Shown piece after piece: positions 21,269 through 32,405 of a DNA stretch of 64,000 nt. The position numbers and the translations under genes were made by a program. The DNA lies in assembly GCA_963768575.1 (NCBI GenBank), contig CAVYIJ010000001.1:273214-337213 (forward strand). The letters are read 5' to 3'. The stretch is from an uncultured Halobacteria archaeon (GTDB taxonomy: Bacteria; Pseudomonadota; Gammaproteobacteria; UBA9214). The notes beneath the pieces are model-generated. The model was not told the origin of the DNA, did not search any database, and worked only from the letters and a program-made list of their open reading frames with translations. Every line of letters begins with the position of its first letter. Positions within the stretch are counted from its first letter, which is position 1.

Positions 21269-23413
21269 TCAGGCAAGCTGGGAAATAATGCTTTCCGCTT
21301 CCTCTTTTTGATCGGTATTACCCTGTTCGAGCACTTCATCGAGAATACTGCGTGCGCTGTCCTTGTCATCCATATCGATGTAAGCACGAGCAAGGTCCAG
21401 TTTGGTAGTCACCTCGTCATCAGTGTCCAACAGGCCTTCGCCCAAGTCTTCCTCATCACTGTCCAGCGTATCCAGGGTAAATTCGATGGTGTTCGTATCG
21501 ACCGGTTCGGCTGCGGCATCCGGCTGCGGCTTAACATCCTCCAGCCCGGAAAGATCCATATCGAATTCAGCGCCCTCTTCTGCGGCCGGGGCGCTACCGC
21601 CATACAGTGCGTTATGCGGCGACATCGCCAGACCCATGGTCGCAATTTTCTGCCAGCGCTCGTCAGTTTCGCCAAACATTTCATGGAAAGCGGCGGCTGA
21701 ATGGTCAAATGCAGCGGTATTGCCGCCCGTGTTATAAACCTCGAGTAATTTCAGGCGTGCATCGGCATTATCAGGCTTTGCCTGCAATGCCGCCAGCAAG
21801 ACATCTTCAGCCTGCTGAATACGCCCGTAAGCAAGGTAAACATCGGCCTCGGTCACGGGATCACCGTCAACATCGTCATCCATAACCGGGCTGGCATCGG
21901 CCGCCGGCATCTCTGTTTCACGGACTGACACATCCTGAACGGGGAAATCCGTTTCACGCCCACCGGTCTCGGCAAGCTGGCCTTGCATCGTCATACTGTC
22001 ATCAAGAAAACTGGATTCCGCCCTTGACCGTGTCGATGCCCACAGGAAACCACCCAGCAACATGGCGACGAGTACGCCCAGACCGGCCAGCAGCGGATTG
22101 TCCAGCAGGCGATTTACCAGCCCCGCCGCCTGGTCGGACAGCCCCAACTCGGCAGTGTCCTCTTCAGCAGGCATGACATCATCCGGTGTTTCCGCAGTTA
22201 CCCCGGCCGGCACTTTCGCATCGTCGGCAACCGGTGCCGCGGTCTGCTGTTCTTCGCTCGAGGTAATGGACTGCTGCAGCGACGCAAACTCGTTGTCCTT
22301 GAGTTCCAGCAACCGTTTCATGGTTGTGATCTGTTCTTCCAGCTCGCCGACCCGCGACTGCAATTCTTCAGACTGTGCACGACCGGCAGCGACTTCCTCG
22401 GTCGCCAGTGCCAACTGCTGCTGTAATTCCTGGTTCCCGGCTGCAGTGTCGCTGCTTGCAGGGTCGCCCGGTAATGCCGCGCCACTGACGGCATCGCTTT
22501 CAGGCGCCGTCAATTGCAGCCGCGACCCTGTATCCGCAGGCGAGACATCGGCCTCCTGTTCAGGCATGGCATCCGGCTGCTGCGTCACAGCGGCGACAGC
22601 TGGCTGCGACCTGTTTGTTTTCCACTGTTCGTACTGACGGCTCGTTTCCGCCCTCGCCTCACGCGCACTGACTGACAGGATCTCGTCCCTGCCCGGCACA
22701 TCGAGGGTAACGCCGGCCTTGAGCCGGTTGATATTGTTGTCTACAAATGCCCCCGGATTTGCGCGCTGCAGTGCCAGCATCATCTGCTGCATGGAAATAT
22801 CGGAACCCGGGCGCACTTGTTCGGCAATGTTCCACAGGGTCTCGCTGCGGCGAATAGGGCCATACTCGTCCGCTGCTGCGGGTCGCGGTGCAACGCTGAC
22901 CGTGGCTGGCGCCGTTACCGGGCGCTGAACCGGCCTGGGTGCCGGCGCACGGGCGACGGGTGCCGGGGTTGCCGGCCGGCTGACAGGTGTGGCCGGTATC
23001 GCCGGTGTCGCCGGTATGGTGACGGGGGGATCGACCAGGACGGTATATTGCCGCAACAGGCGGCCGCGCGGCCAGTCCAGTTCCAGCAGGAATTCCAGGT
23101 AGGGTTCCCGCACCAGTTCATCACTGCTGATGCGTATAATCGCGTTCCCGGCACGGTTTCTTTCAACAACCAGATTGAAATTCGACAGGATGGCGGCCCT
23201 GGACAAGCCGGCGCGCGAATGTTCCTCCAGCGTAGCCAGCGAAACCTCGATATCTTCCAGTTTTGTTCCGGCAGACGATGTCAGTTCTATGACTGCTTCC
23301 ATTGGCTGATTGAGGGCTGATCGCATATCGATCTCACCCAGCCCGAGTGCAAATGCCTGCTGGACTACCGAGAGAAGCAGCATTGCCGCTACGACAGCCG
23401 ATTTTCTAAACAT
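21269..23413 (-). CDS. fimV: FimV-like peptidoglycan-binding motility hub protein (LysM, Pro-rich linker, TM, acidic C-terminal TPR region)
   Basis: 714 aa with a signal peptide, a LysM-like segment, a Pro/Ala-rich tract (PATPAIPATPVSRPATPAPVARAPAPRP), a coiled-coil region, one TM helix and an acidic C-terminus ending ...ESIISQLA. Position between truA and asd matches Pseudomonas fimV. Confidence 0.8.
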   Translation of the reverse strand: MFRKSAVVAAMLLLSVVQQAFALGLGEIDMRSALNQPMEAVIELTSSAGTKLEDIEVSLATLEEHSRAGLSRAAILSNFNLVVERNRAGNAIIRISSDELVREPYLEFLLELDWPRGRLLRQYTVLVDPPVTIPATPAIPATPVSRPATPAPVARAPAPRPVQRPVTAPATVSVAPRPAAADEYGPIRRSETLWNIAEQVRPGSDISMQQMMLALQRANPGAFVDNNINRLKAGVTLDVPGRDEILSVSAREARAETSRQYEQWKTNRSQPAVAAVTQQPDAMPEQEADVSPADTGSRLQLTAPESDAVSGAALPGDPASSDTAAGNQELQQQLALATEEVAAGRAQSEELQSRVGELEEQITTMKRLLELKDNEFASLQQSITSSEEQQTAAPVADDAKVPAGVTAETPDDVMPAEEDTAELGLSDQAAGLVNRLLDNPLLAGLGVLVAMLLGGFLWASTRSRAESSFLDDSMTMQGQLAETGGRETDFPVQDVSVRETEMPAADASPVMDDDVDGDPVTEADVYLAYGRIQQAEDVLLAALQAKPDNADARLKLLEVYNTGGNTAAFDHSAAAFHEMFGETDERWQKIATMGLAMSPHNALYGGSAPAAEEGAEFDMDLSGLEDVKPQPDAAAEPVDTNTIEFTLDTLDSDEEDLGEGLLDTDDEVTTKLDLARAYIDMDDKDSARSILDEVLEQGNTDQKEEAESIISQLA

Positions 23414-23492
23414 TCCTTATATCCCCTTTCAATTCAGGTTAGCCCTTGATCCAGGTGCCAGGAAAGCCGCCAGCGTGGTTGCAGACTATAGC

Positions 23493-24515
23493 CTAGAAAT
23501 AGTTTTTCACCAATATTTCAGCAATCTGGATACTGTTCAGAGCGGCGCCCTTGCGCACGTTATCGGCGACTATCCACAGGTCTAAACCCCTCGGATGAGA
23601 GATATCGTCACGGATCCTGCCGACATAAACAGGGTCGTGCGACGCCCCCTCGGTAACTGCCGTCGGATAACCGCCGTCCTCATGCGCGTCAATGACCTCC
23701 ACCCCGGCGGCTTGTTCAAGCAGGGCGCGTGCGTCAGTCGCTGTAATCTTGTCGCGTGTCTCGATATGCACCGCTTCCGAGTGGCCATAGAAAACCGGCA
23801 CCCGCACGGCCGTCGGATTGACCTGGATGGATTCGTCACCCATGATCTTGCGTGTTTCCCACACCATTTTCATTTCTTCCTTGGTATACCCGTTCTCCAG
23901 GAAGACATCGATTTGCGGCAGTACATTGAAGGCAATCTGCTTCGAATAGACACTGGCAACCACCGGCCTGCCATTCAGTAATTCGGCGGTCTGGCTGGCC
24001 AGTTCGCTGATCGCCTCCTTGCCGGTGCCCGAGACGGCCTGGTAGGTGCAGACGTTGATACGCTCGATACCGGCTGCATCGTGGATCGGCTTCAGCGCCA
24101 CCAGCATCTGGATGGTTGAACAATTCGGGTTGGCGATAATGCCATGCCGCGTGTATTCGGCGATTGCCTGCGGGTTGACCTCGGGTACGACCAGCGGGAT
24201 TTCGTCGTCGTAACGAAATTGAGAGGTGTTGTCGATCACGACACAACCGGCTGCCGCGGCAAGCGGCGCATATTTTTCGGAAATCGATGCGCCGGCGGAG
24301 AACAGGCCGATCTTCACCTTGCTGAAATCAAATGTATCCAGGTCTTCGACAGTCAGGTGTGTTCCCCTGAAGGGGATTCTTTTACCGGCGGAACGGGCAC
24401 TGGCAAGCGGGTAGACCTTGCCGGCCGGGAAGTCCCGTTGCTCGAGAATTTCCAGCATGGTCTCGCCAACCGCTCCGGTTGCACCGACCACGGCAACATC
24501 GTATTTATCTGACAT
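23493..24515 (-). CDS. asd: Aspartate-semialdehyde dehydrogenase
   Basis: Start MSDKYDVAVVGATGAVGETMLEIL; active-site Cys context IIANPNCSTIQMLVAL; ~340 aa. Confidence 0.93.
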   Translation of the reverse strand: MSDKYDVAVVGATGAVGETMLEILEQRDFPAGKVYPLASARSAGKRIPFRGTHLTVEDLDTFDFSKVKIGLFSAGASISEKYAPLAAAAGCVVIDNTSQFRYDDEIPLVVPEVNPQAIAEYTRHGIIANPNCSTIQMLVALKPIHDAAGIERINVCTYQAVSGTGKEAISELASQTAELLNGRPVVASVYSKQIAFNVLPQIDVFLENGYTKEEMKMVWETRKIMGDESIQVNPTAVRVPVFYGHSEAVHIETRDKITATDARALLEQAAGVEVIDAHEDGGYPTAVTEGASHDPVYVGRIRDDISHPRGLDLWIVADNVRKGAALNSIQIAEILVKNYF

Positions 24516-24539
24516 CGTTTCCAGCACCTTTCCAGAATT

Positions 24540-25626
24540 TCAGTTCGTGGCGCGCAGCGCGGTCACGACGGCGTCACCCATGGTGACTGTATCGACAACC
24601 TGCATCCCTGCCGATGCAATATCCTGTGTTCGCAGCCCCTTGTCCAGCACGTGCCCGACGGCGGTCTCGATACGTTTCGCAAGAGCAGCCTCATCCAGAC
24701 TGTAGCGCAACATCATCGCCACCGACAGAATCGTGGCCAGCGGGTTGGCGGCACCCTGCCCGGCGATGTCGGGCGCAGACCCGTGAATGGGTTCATACAT
24801 GCCCTTGCCGTTACTGTCCAGCGATGCGGACGGCAACATGCCGATTGACCCGGTCAGCATGGCGGCAGCGTCGGAGAGAATATCACCAAACATGTTGGAC
24901 GTGACCATGACATCGAACTGCCTGGGTGCACGCACCAGCTGCATGGCCGCATTATCCACGTACATGTGGGACAGCTCCACATCCGTGTATTCCCCGGCCA
25001 CCCGGTTCATCACCTCGCGCCACAGTTCACTGCACTCCAGCACATTGGCCTTGTCCACGGAGCAAAGGCGACAGTCGCGCTTGCGGGCGATATCGAATGC
25101 CACTCGACCGATGCGCTCGATTTCCGCCTCACTGTAAACCAGTGTATTGAAACCTTCCCGCTGCCCGTCATCACGCGTGCGAATACCGCGTGGCTGGCCA
25201 AAGTAAATTCCGCCCGTGAGTTCACGCACGATCATCAGGTCAAGACCGCTGACAATTTCCGCCTTCAGGGTGGAGGCATCCACGAGTTGCGGATAAAGGA
25301 TGGCCGGCCGCAAGTTGGCGAAAAGTTCCAGCTCGGCGCGCAGGCGCAACAGGCCCTGCTCCGGACGCAAGTCGCGCTCCAGACTCGTCCCATTGCGGTC
25401 CGCCTACCGCGCCGAGGAGAATGGCATCGGCAGCGCGCACCACGGCCAGCGTGTCCTCGGGCAAAGGTTGCCCATGTGCATTACAGGCGGCACCCCCCAC
25501 ATCTGCATGCTCCAGTTCCGCGTCGAGACCGAATTCCGAACGCAGTTCCGCCAGCACTTTTTCAGCCTCGGCGACAATTTCCGGGCCAATGCCGTCGCCG
25601 GGAAGTATTGCTATTTTATATGTCAT
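24540..25626 (-). CDS. leuB: 3-isopropylmalate dehydrogenase, interrupted by a 1-nt frameshift near 25375-25385
   Basis: N-terminal ORF 25240..25626 ([18 protein letters not shown]...[11 protein letters not shown]) then becomes nonsense. C-terminal ORF 24540..25370 (..[28 protein letters not shown]...[15 protein letters not shown]...) lies in the +1 frame. Together they make a full-length LeuB. Confidence 0.88.
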
Positions 25627-25651
25627 ATCGGTTAGTTACGTGACTTTCCTG

Positions 25652-26296
25652 TTACTCGTTGTTAAATAGCCAGGGAGCTGCAATTCGGTACCGCCGCTCG
25701 AACTCCCGAATGGCTTCCGCGTGCTGCAATGTCAGGCCGATTTCGTCCAGTCCGTGCAACAGACAGTCCTTGCGGAATGCATCGATCCCGAATTCGATCA
25801 CACCCCCGTCCGGTGACACAATTTGCTGTGCCGGCAGGTCCACTGTCAACGTGTAACCCGGCGTCGCTTCGGTTGCCTTGAACAAATCATCGATCGTGGG
25901 TGCGGGCAAGGTAATTGGCAGCACTCCGTTCTTGAAACAATTGTTATAAAAAATATCCGCGAAGCCCGTCGCAATTACCACGCGAAATCCGTAATCCAGC
26001 AATGCCCATACCGCGTGTTCGCGCGAAGATCCGCAGCCGAAATTTTCACGGCCGAGCAGTATAACCGCATTCTCGTAACGGGGCTGGTTAAGGATGAAGT
26101 CGGGATTCAATGCCCGGGTACTGTTGTCCATCCCGGGTTCGCCATGATCGAGATAGCGCCATTCGTCAAACAGGTTTGGCCCGAAACCACTGCGCTTGAT
26201 CGACTTCAGAAACTGTTTCGGGATGATGGCATCCGTATCGACGTTCGGTCGATCAAGCGGCGCGACCAGCCCGGTGACCTTGTCAAAACTGTTCAT
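25652..26296 (-). CDS. leuD: 3-isopropylmalate dehydratase small subunit
   Basis: 214-aa [34 protein letters not shown]...; canonical LeuD. Confidence 0.95.
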   Translation of the reverse strand: MNSFDKVTGLVAPLDRPNVDTDAIIPKQFLKSIKRSGFGPNLFDEWRYLDHGEPGMDNSTRALNPDFILNQPRYENAVILLGRENFGCGSSREHAVWALLDYGFRVVIATGFADIFYNNCFKNGVLPITLPAPTIDDLFKATEATPGYTLTVDLPAQQIVSPDGGVIEFGIDAFRKDCLLHGLDEIGLTLQHAEAIREFERRYRIAAPWLFNNE

Positions 26297-26300
26297 CCCT

Positions 26301-27719
26301 TCAGCCCTGTTCCCGTGACACGTCGACGAAATGACCCGTTACGGCAGCGGCGGCCGCCATTGCCGGACTTACCAGGTGGGTACGCCCGCCCTGCCCCTGT
26401 CGTCCCTCGAAATTCCGGTTTGACGTCGACGCACAACGGTCACCCGGTGCCAGGCGGTCCGCATTCATGGCGAGACACATCGAACAGCCGGGTTCACGCC
26501 ATTCGAAACCGGCTGCAGTGAAAACGGTGTGCAGGCCTTCCGCCTCGGCCTGTTGCTTTACCAGCCCGGAACCGGGCACGACCAGTGCCTGCTTGATGCC
26601 GGGGGCGAGCTTGCGTCCGCGAATGGCCGATGCGGCCGCACGCAGGTCTTCTATGCGGGCATTGGTGCACGAACCGATGAAGACATGATCAGGCCGGATC
26701 GAGGTAATCGGCGTTCCCGGCTGCAGGTCCATGTAGGCCAGCGCCCTGCGCATGCCATCGCGCTTGACGCTGTCGGTTTCGTTATCCGGATCGGGCACCC
26801 TGCCGTCTATGGGTGCGACCATCTCCGGTGATGTACCCCAGCTAACCTGTGGCGCCAGCGCCGAGACATCCAGCGTGACCGTCTTGTCGAAGGCCGCATC
26901 GGCATCACTGTGCAGGGTGGACCAGCTCGTTACGGCCCGCTCCCACAGCTCGCCAACGGGCGCATACGGCCGCCCGGCGACATATTCGATCGTGGTGTCG
27001 TCCACTGCGATCATGCCGGCGCGCGCGCCTGCCTCGATCGCCATATTGCATACCGTCATACGCCCTTCCATGCTCAGGCGTTGCAGGGCATTACCACTGA
27101 ATTCTATTGAATAACCGGTACCGCCGGCGGTACCGATCCGCCCGATAATGGCGAGCACGATGTCCTTGGCAGAGACGCCGGACCGCAACCCGCCGTCGAC
27201 GCGTATTTGCAAATTTCCTGTCTTTTTCAGGACCAGGCATTGCGTCGCGAGTACATGCTCGACTTCCGAGGTGCCGATGCCGAAGGCCAGCGCGCCAAAG
27301 GCGCCGTGGGTGGATGTGTGCGAGTCACCGCATACCACCGTCATGCCCGGCAGGGTGGCGCCCTGCTCGGGGCCGATCACATGGACGATACCCTGCCTTG
27401 GATCCAGCATGGAAAACTCGGTGATGCCGTACTCGGCACAATTCCGGTCCAGCGTTTCGACCTGCAGGCGCGACACCGGGTCTGCAATGCCGGCTGAACG
27501 GCCGGTGGTCGGGACATTGTGGTCGGGCACAGCCAGTATGGAACGGGTGCGCCAGGGCTGCCGTCCGGCCATTCGCAGGCCTTCAAAGGCCTGTGGCGAG
27601 GTGACCTCGTGGACCAGGTGGCGATCGATATAGATCAGCGCCGTACCATCCGCGTCCTGGCGAACGAGGTGTAAATCCCAGAGCTTGTCGTACAGGGTCT
27701 TGCCTGACATCAGTAACAA
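26301..27719 (-). CDS. leuC: 3-isopropylmalate dehydratase large subunit
   Basis: 472-aa aconitase-family ORF with the cluster-ligand cysteines (GSCTNAR, CGPCLAMN-like: GCSMCLAMN). Confidence 0.95.
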   Translation of the reverse strand: MLLMSGKTLYDKLWDLHLVRQDADGTALIYIDRHLVHEVTSPQAFEGLRMAGRQPWRTRSILAVPDHNVPTTGRSAGIADPVSRLQVETLDRNCAEYGITEFSMLDPRQGIVHVIGPEQGATLPGMTVVCGDSHTSTHGAFGALAFGIGTSEVEHVLATQCLVLKKTGNLQIRVDGGLRSGVSAKDIVLAIIGRIGTAGGTGYSIEFSGNALQRLSMEGRMTVCNMAIEAGARAGMIAVDDTTIEYVAGRPYAPVGELWERAVTSWSTLHSDADAAFDKTVTLDVSALAPQVSWGTSPEMVAPIDGRVPDPDNETDSVKRDGMRRALAYMDLQPGTPITSIRPDHVFIGSCTNARIEDLRAAASAIRGRKLAPGIKQALVVPGSGLVKQQAEAEGLHTVFTAAGFEWREPGCSMCLAMNADRLAPGDRCASTSNRNFEGRQGQGGRTHLVSPAMAAAAAVTGHFVDVSREQG

Positions 27720-27772
27720 CCGGTCGATTAGGCGTGGAAACGCTGAATTATATTAGGATATGCTGAATGAAG

Positions 27773-28924
27773 CTATCGAGGCTTGTCTGTTGCGGCGGCG
27801 GGATGGATGCCGACCCAGGTAACGACCAGCGCCAGCAGGCTGACCGCCGCTGCCATCAGGTACATGGCCTGCGGGCCGATGCCGGTCCACAGGTAGCCGC
27901 TGGCCAGGCTGCCGGCGGCGCCGCCCGCACCAAAACTCAAACTGCTGTAGAGCGCCTGCCCGCGACCCTGGTGGGCGCCGGTAAAGAGTTGGTGGATCAT
28001 GAAGATGGCAACGGCATGATAGAGTCCGAAGCTGGCGGCATGCAGCGTCTGGGCGATCACGACCAGGGCCGTCTGGTGAGCGAAACCTGCAATCAGCAAC
28101 CAGCGCAACACGGTCAGGCTCACGGCGGTCAGTAGCAGGCGGCGTACGCCGAAGCGCGGCAGCAGCAGCGGCATCATCAGGAAAACACCGATTTCGGCCA
28201 GCACGCCCAGGGCCCATAACTGGCCGATCAATGTGGTGGAGTAACCGGCATCTTCGAGGTAAAGCGTATAGAAGGCATAGTAGGGTCCATGACTGGCCTG
28301 CATCAGGAAACATACCGTCAACAGTGACAATACCAGTGGACGGCGCACCACCTTCAGCAACGGTTCCTGATCGAGCGGCAGGTGTCCGGCGGCCAGTTCG
28401 GGCACCGTGACACTGCTGATCCAGATCATGACAAACAGGGCAAAGACGATCAGGGGCAACAGGCCCGCCCCGTAGCTGTCAAGTAGCGGACCGAGCATTG
28501 CCACGGACAGGATAAAGCCGACTGATCCCCACAGCCGAATGCCACTGTAGCGGTGCGTCGCTTCGCCCAGGTGGTTCATGGTGGTGGCTTCGAACTGCGG
28601 CAGCGACGCATTCCAGAAAAAACTGAATATTGTCATTACAAGCGCCAGCCACCAGAAGCTGCTGTCGATAAATACACCGGCAAATGTGAATGCTGCCAGC
28701 AATGACGCCATCCGTACGATGGCCATGCGGTGACCGGTGTGGTCGGCAATCCAGCCCCAGAGGTTGGGCGCCACGATCTTGGTCGCCAGCAGGATGGCGA
28801 TCAGCTGACCTATTTCGGTGACATCGAATTCCAGGGACTTGAGATACAGGCCCCAGTACGGGACCAGCGCACCCAGCGAAGCAAAATAAAACAGGTAGAA
28901 ACCTGACAGGCGCCAGTAGATCAT
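27773..28924 (-). CDS. MFS transporter (HcaT/YcaD-like, 12 TM)
   Basis: 383-aa polytopic ORF. Hydropathy indicates ~12 TM helices, and MFS-like loop motifs are present. Substrate unknown. Confidence 0.7.
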   Translation of the reverse strand: MIYWRLSGFYLFYFASLGALVPYWGLYLKSLEFDVTEIGQLIAILLATKIVAPNLWGWIADHTGHRMAIVRMASLLAAFTFAGVFIDSSFWWLALVMTIFSFFWNASLPQFEATTMNHLGEATHRYSGIRLWGSVGFILSVAMLGPLLDSYGAGLLPLIVFALFVMIWISSVTVPELAAGHLPLDQEPLLKVVRRPLVLSLLTVCFLMQASHGPYYAFYTLYLEDAGYSTTLIGQLWALGVLAEIGVFLMMPLLLPRFGVRRLLLTAVSLTVLRWLLIAGFAHQTALVVIAQTLHAASFGLYHAVAIFMIHQLFTGAHQGRGQALYSSLSFGAGGAAGSLASGYLWTGIGPQAMYLMAAAVSLLALVVTWVGIHPAAATDKPR

Positions 28925-28960
28925 GGCATCGGCACGCGGGTGTTGCGTCAGGCGGGCGTA

Positions 28961-30064
28961 TCAGTCGACGGCACTGGGTGGCACCACCGGCGTCGCCGAT
29001 ACAACATCTATATTCTGTGCCCGCTGGCGCAAAATATGGTCCATCAGGACGATAGCCAGCATCGCTTCCGCGATCGGTGTGGCCCGAATGCCGACACAGG
29101 GATCATGCCGTCCGGTCGTCACCACCTCGACCGGCTTGCCCGCCAGGTCAATCGTCCGGCCCGGAATACGAATACTGGAGGTCGGCTTCAGCGCGATACT
29201 GGCAAGCAGGTCCTGGCCGCTGGATATGCCACCGAGAACGCCGCCGGCGTGATTGGCCAGAAAACCTTCGGGTGTTATTTCATCACGATGCTCGGTGCCT
29301 TTCTGGGCGACACACTCGAATCCCGCCCCGATCTCGACCCCCTTGACGGCATTGATGCTCATCAGGGCATGCGCGATCTCGGCATCCAGGCGATCGAAGA
29401 TCGGTTCCCCCAGGCCTGGCGGTATACCGCTGGCGACGACATTGATACGCGCGCCGATAGAATTGCCCTCCTTGCGCAATGCATCCATGTAGGATTCCAG
29501 CTCGGCAACTCGCTCCGGGTCCGGGCAAAAAAACGGGTTCTGCTCAACCGCAGACCAGTCCTTCAATTCCAGCCTGATCGGTCCCAGCTGCGCCAGGTAG
29601 CCGCGAATCTCTATCCCGTAGCGTTCCCCAAGGTATTTGCGGGCAATCGCACCGGCCGCCACCCGCATGGCGGTTTCACGCGCAGACGAGCGGCCACCGC
29701 CACGGTAATCGCGAAATCCGTATTTCTGCTGGTAGGTGTAGTCCGCGTGGCCGGGGCGAAACCGGTCCATGATTTTCGTGTAATCCTTCGATCGCTGGTC
29801 CGTGTTGTGGATGATCAAACCGATCGGTGCGCCGGTGGTCCTGCCCTCGAACACGCCGGACAGTATCTGCACTTCGTCGGCTTCGCGGCGCTGGGTAGTG
29901 TGTCTGGATTTGCCCGGTTTGCGGCGGTCCAGGTCGCCTTGCAGGTCCGCTGCGGACAATTCCAGGCCGGGCGGACAGCCGTCGACAATACAGCCAAGCG
30001 CCGGGCCATGGCTCTCGCCGAAGCCGGTTACCGTGAATAATTTACCGAAACTGTTACCTGACAT
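28961..30064 (-). CDS. aroC: Chorismate synthase
   Basis: Start [34 protein letters not shown]..., highly conserved AroC. The track ORF extends to 30253, but that upstream region has no AroC similarity. Confidence 0.95.
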   Translation of the reverse strand: MSGNSFGKLFTVTGFGESHGPALGCIVDGCPPGLELSAADLQGDLDRRKPGKSRHTTQRREADEVQILSGVFEGRTTGAPIGLIIHNTDQRSKDYTKIMDRFRPGHADYTYQQKYGFRDYRGGGRSSARETAMRVAAGAIARKYLGERYGIEIRGYLAQLGPIRLELKDWSAVEQNPFFCPDPERVAELESYMDALRKEGNSIGARINVVASGIPPGLGEPIFDRLDAEIAHALMSINAVKGVEIGAGFECVAQKGTEHRDEITPEGFLANHAGGVLGGISSGQDLLASIALKPTSSIRIPGRTIDLAGKPVEVVTTGRHDPCVGIRATPIAEAMLAIVLMDHILRQRAQNIDVVSATPVVPPSAVD

Positions 30065-30212
30065 CGGGACATTGTAACCACTCCGGCCCGAATGTTGCAC
30101 CAGTGCCTGTGAACAACGTCGCTTTTTGTGTCCCCGGCCGCTTTCTAAAGCCGCTGGGGTTATGACCGATAGGTTCTGTGTAACTGAAGAATCCCGACCC
30201 AGGAGATCAATC

Positions 30213-30413
30213 GTGTCACAATCGCTTGCAGCCAAACGGAACCAGATTGGCAATTACCTCGGGCACCCGATACCCGAAAAAATCACTACCCGCAACGGCA
30301 CCTATATTTTCGATCGTATCGCGGAACATATCGACGGTGAATACCCGCTTTATCAGCTGCAGAAGGGTGAATTGCTGATTCGCCCGGGCCTGATTTACAA
30401 GCCCGAGAAATAG
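30213..30413 (+). CDS. Small conserved hypothetical protein (~66 aa)
   Basis: GTG start preceded by AGGAG ([66 protein letters not shown]). No domain recognised. The longer 95-aa ATG-initiated version (30126) is possible. Confidence 0.4.
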   Translation: MSQSLAAKRNQIGNYLGHPIPEKITTRNGTYIFDRIAEHIDGEYPLYQLQKGELLIRPGLIYKPEK

Positions 30414-30425
30414 CGGCCCCGGCCT

Positions 30426-30743
30426 TCAGCCGGCATCGATATCCAGGCCCTGACGGTGGGTCTGGTTGATATCATAGAACAACCTGATACAGGGTAACTC
30501 CTTGTCTGTATACTGTTTTACTATACGCATCAGCGGCAGGTCCCGGCGCCCGAACTGGTAACTGCCGTCCCGCATCGACGCGCGCATTGCCCGCAATTCC
30601 TTCTGCAGCACCTCCACAAACCCCAGGTTGGCATCGATTTCATCGATATCGAAACCCGTTGCCTCGACTATGTCTTCCAGTTCATGGATCGCCTGCTGCA
30701 CAAGTGCCGCATACTCTTTTGCTGTTTTCGCCCTGCCGCTCAT
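30426..30743 (-). CDS. Conserved hypothetical protein (105 aa)
   Basis: ORF MSGRAKTAKEYAALVQQAIHELEDIVEATGFDIDEIDANLGFVEVLQKELRAMRASMRDGSYQF... between aroC and prmB. Coding-like composition; function unknown. Confidence 0.5.
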   Translation of the reverse strand: MSGRAKTAKEYAALVQQAIHELEDIVEATGFDIDEIDANLGFVEVLQKELRAMRASMRDGSYQFGRRDLPLMRIVKQYTDKELPCIRLFYDINQTHRQGLDIDAG

Positions 30744-30764
30744 GCCGGGTATCGCCCCCTTCTC

Positions 30765-31698
30765 TCAGACACTGTTCGTACTGCGCCCGGTGGCAACCGC
30801 CTCGAACACAGGCCGGTACTCGATGAGCTGGTTGTAATCGAGCAGGAATACACCCTCGCCGCCATATTCAAAATCAAGCCACAAAAACGGTATTTCGGGA
30901 TACTGGTTGCTTAACATTTCCCCGCTATAGCCAACCTCGACCACGATTATACCGCCTGGCCGCAGATAATCAGGCGCGTCGCGGAGGATTTTCACGACGA
31001 TATCCAGTCCGTCATCGCCTGCTGCCAGCCCGATACCGGGCTCGTGCGCGAACTCCTCGCCGAGTTCGTTATATTCAGACAGCGGCACATAAGGCGGATT
31101 CGAGACGATGATGTCATAGCGTTCCGGGCCAAGACCGGTAAACAGGTCCGCCGCTTGCAGCCGTACCCGCTCTGCCCAGACCATGCAAACGCACATTCCT
31201 GCGCGCAACATCGAGGGCATCAGTCGAGATGTCGGTCGCCGTGACTCGTGCGTCCGGGAAGGCGTGGGCGCAGGCAATCCCGATACAGCCGCTCCCGGTA
31301 CAAAGGTCCAGTATGCTGCTGACCCGATCGGGATCGATCCAGGGCGTAAAGCGGGACTCGATCAGCTCCGCAATCGGCGAGCGCGGCACCAGTACGCGTT
31401 CGTCCACGTAAAACGGCATACCTGCAAACCATGCCTGATTGACGAGGTAGGCTGCCGGCTTGCGCGTCAGCACGCGTTGCTGCAACAGGTCCCTGGCACG
31501 CGTGCGATCGGTCTCCGCCGGGACGGTATCCAGCACACTGTCAGGTTGCTCGTAACCGATACCGAGCGCATGCAGGACCAGTGCAGCGGATTCATCCCGG
31601 GCGTTGTCGGTACCATGACGGTAGATGAGTCCATGCTCCTCGAACTGCCGGGCACCCCATTCAATCAGTTCCCGCACCGTCATGGCAGCTTCATGCAT
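30765..31698 (-). CDS. prmB: Ribosomal protein L3 glutamine methyltransferase PrmB, interrupted by a 1-nt frameshift near 31190-31200
   Basis: N-terminal ORF 31114..31698 (..ATDISTDALDVARRNVRLHGLG then nonsense). C-terminal ORF 30765..31277 lies in the +1 frame and holds ERVRLQAADLF...IVSNPPYV (NPPY methyltransferase motif). The aroC-prmB neighbourhood matches E. coli. The junction suggests one G missing from a G-run. Confidence 0.85.
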
Positions 31699-31757
31699 GA
31701 CCGTGTTTCCGCGTTTCAGGATGAATTGGTTGCTTCACTGTGGAATAATCGCCGCCC

Positions 31758-32405
31758 ATGCAATCGAAAAAGTCATTTATCCTGACCAGGCTCTTGCCCG
31801 GGGTAGTTATTGCCGCACTCGCTACAACTGCCGGCATCTGGTCCGCCAGGCAGGTAATCAAGCATCGCAACGAGTCCGATCCGCTTGCCGCCACCCGTTT
31901 TCCGGCAGCACGCCCGCTGCAGTCATTCAACCTGGCAGACCATCGAGGCGGCACGTTCGACAATCAATCACTGCTTGACCACTGGTCATTCCTGTTCTTC
32001 GGCTACACCCATTGCCCGGACGTCTGCCCGACAACCATGTCCGTGCTCAATAGTGTCGCCCGGCGACTGCAGGATAGCCATGACAATATCCGGTTTGTCA
32101 TGGTAACCGTCGATCCGGAACGTGACACCCCGGAAAAACTCGGGAAATTCGTCACCTACTTCAATGGCAATTTCCTGGGCGTTACCGGTAACGAACAATC
32201 CCTCGAGCAACTGACAAAACAACTGGGCATTATGTACATGCGCATCAACAAGGAAGACAGCCCCGACAGCTACCTGGTCGATCATACTGCCGGCGTCTTT
32301 TTGTTCGACCCGGACGGCCGTTATCATGCGGTTTTTACGCCGCCATTGACCGTCGATAAGATAACCGCCGACTTTAACAGGATGGCGGGGGAATTTCGGC
32401 AATGA
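31758..32405 (+). CDS. SCO1/SenC family copper chaperone (thioredoxin fold)
   Basis: 215 aa with an N-terminal TM anchor and the CPDVCP copper-binding motif. Confidence 0.88.
   Translation: MQSKKSFILTRLLPGVVIAALATTAGIWSARQVIKHRNESDPLAATRFPAARPLQSFNLADHRGGTFDNQSLLDHWSFLFFGYTHCPDVCPTTMSVLNSVARRLQDSHDNIRFVMVTVDPERDTPEKLGKFVTYFNGNFLGVTGNEQSLEQLTKQLGIMYMRINKEDSPDSYLVDHTAGVFLFDPDGRYHAVFTPPLTVDKITADFNRMAGEFRQ

Noticed and set aside
30065-30253. N-terminal 63-codon extension of the aroC ORF ([16 protein letters not shown]...)
   Set aside because: The AroC N-terminus is unambiguously [10 protein letters not shown] at 30064. The extension has no similarity and overlaps the divergent small plus-strand gene region.
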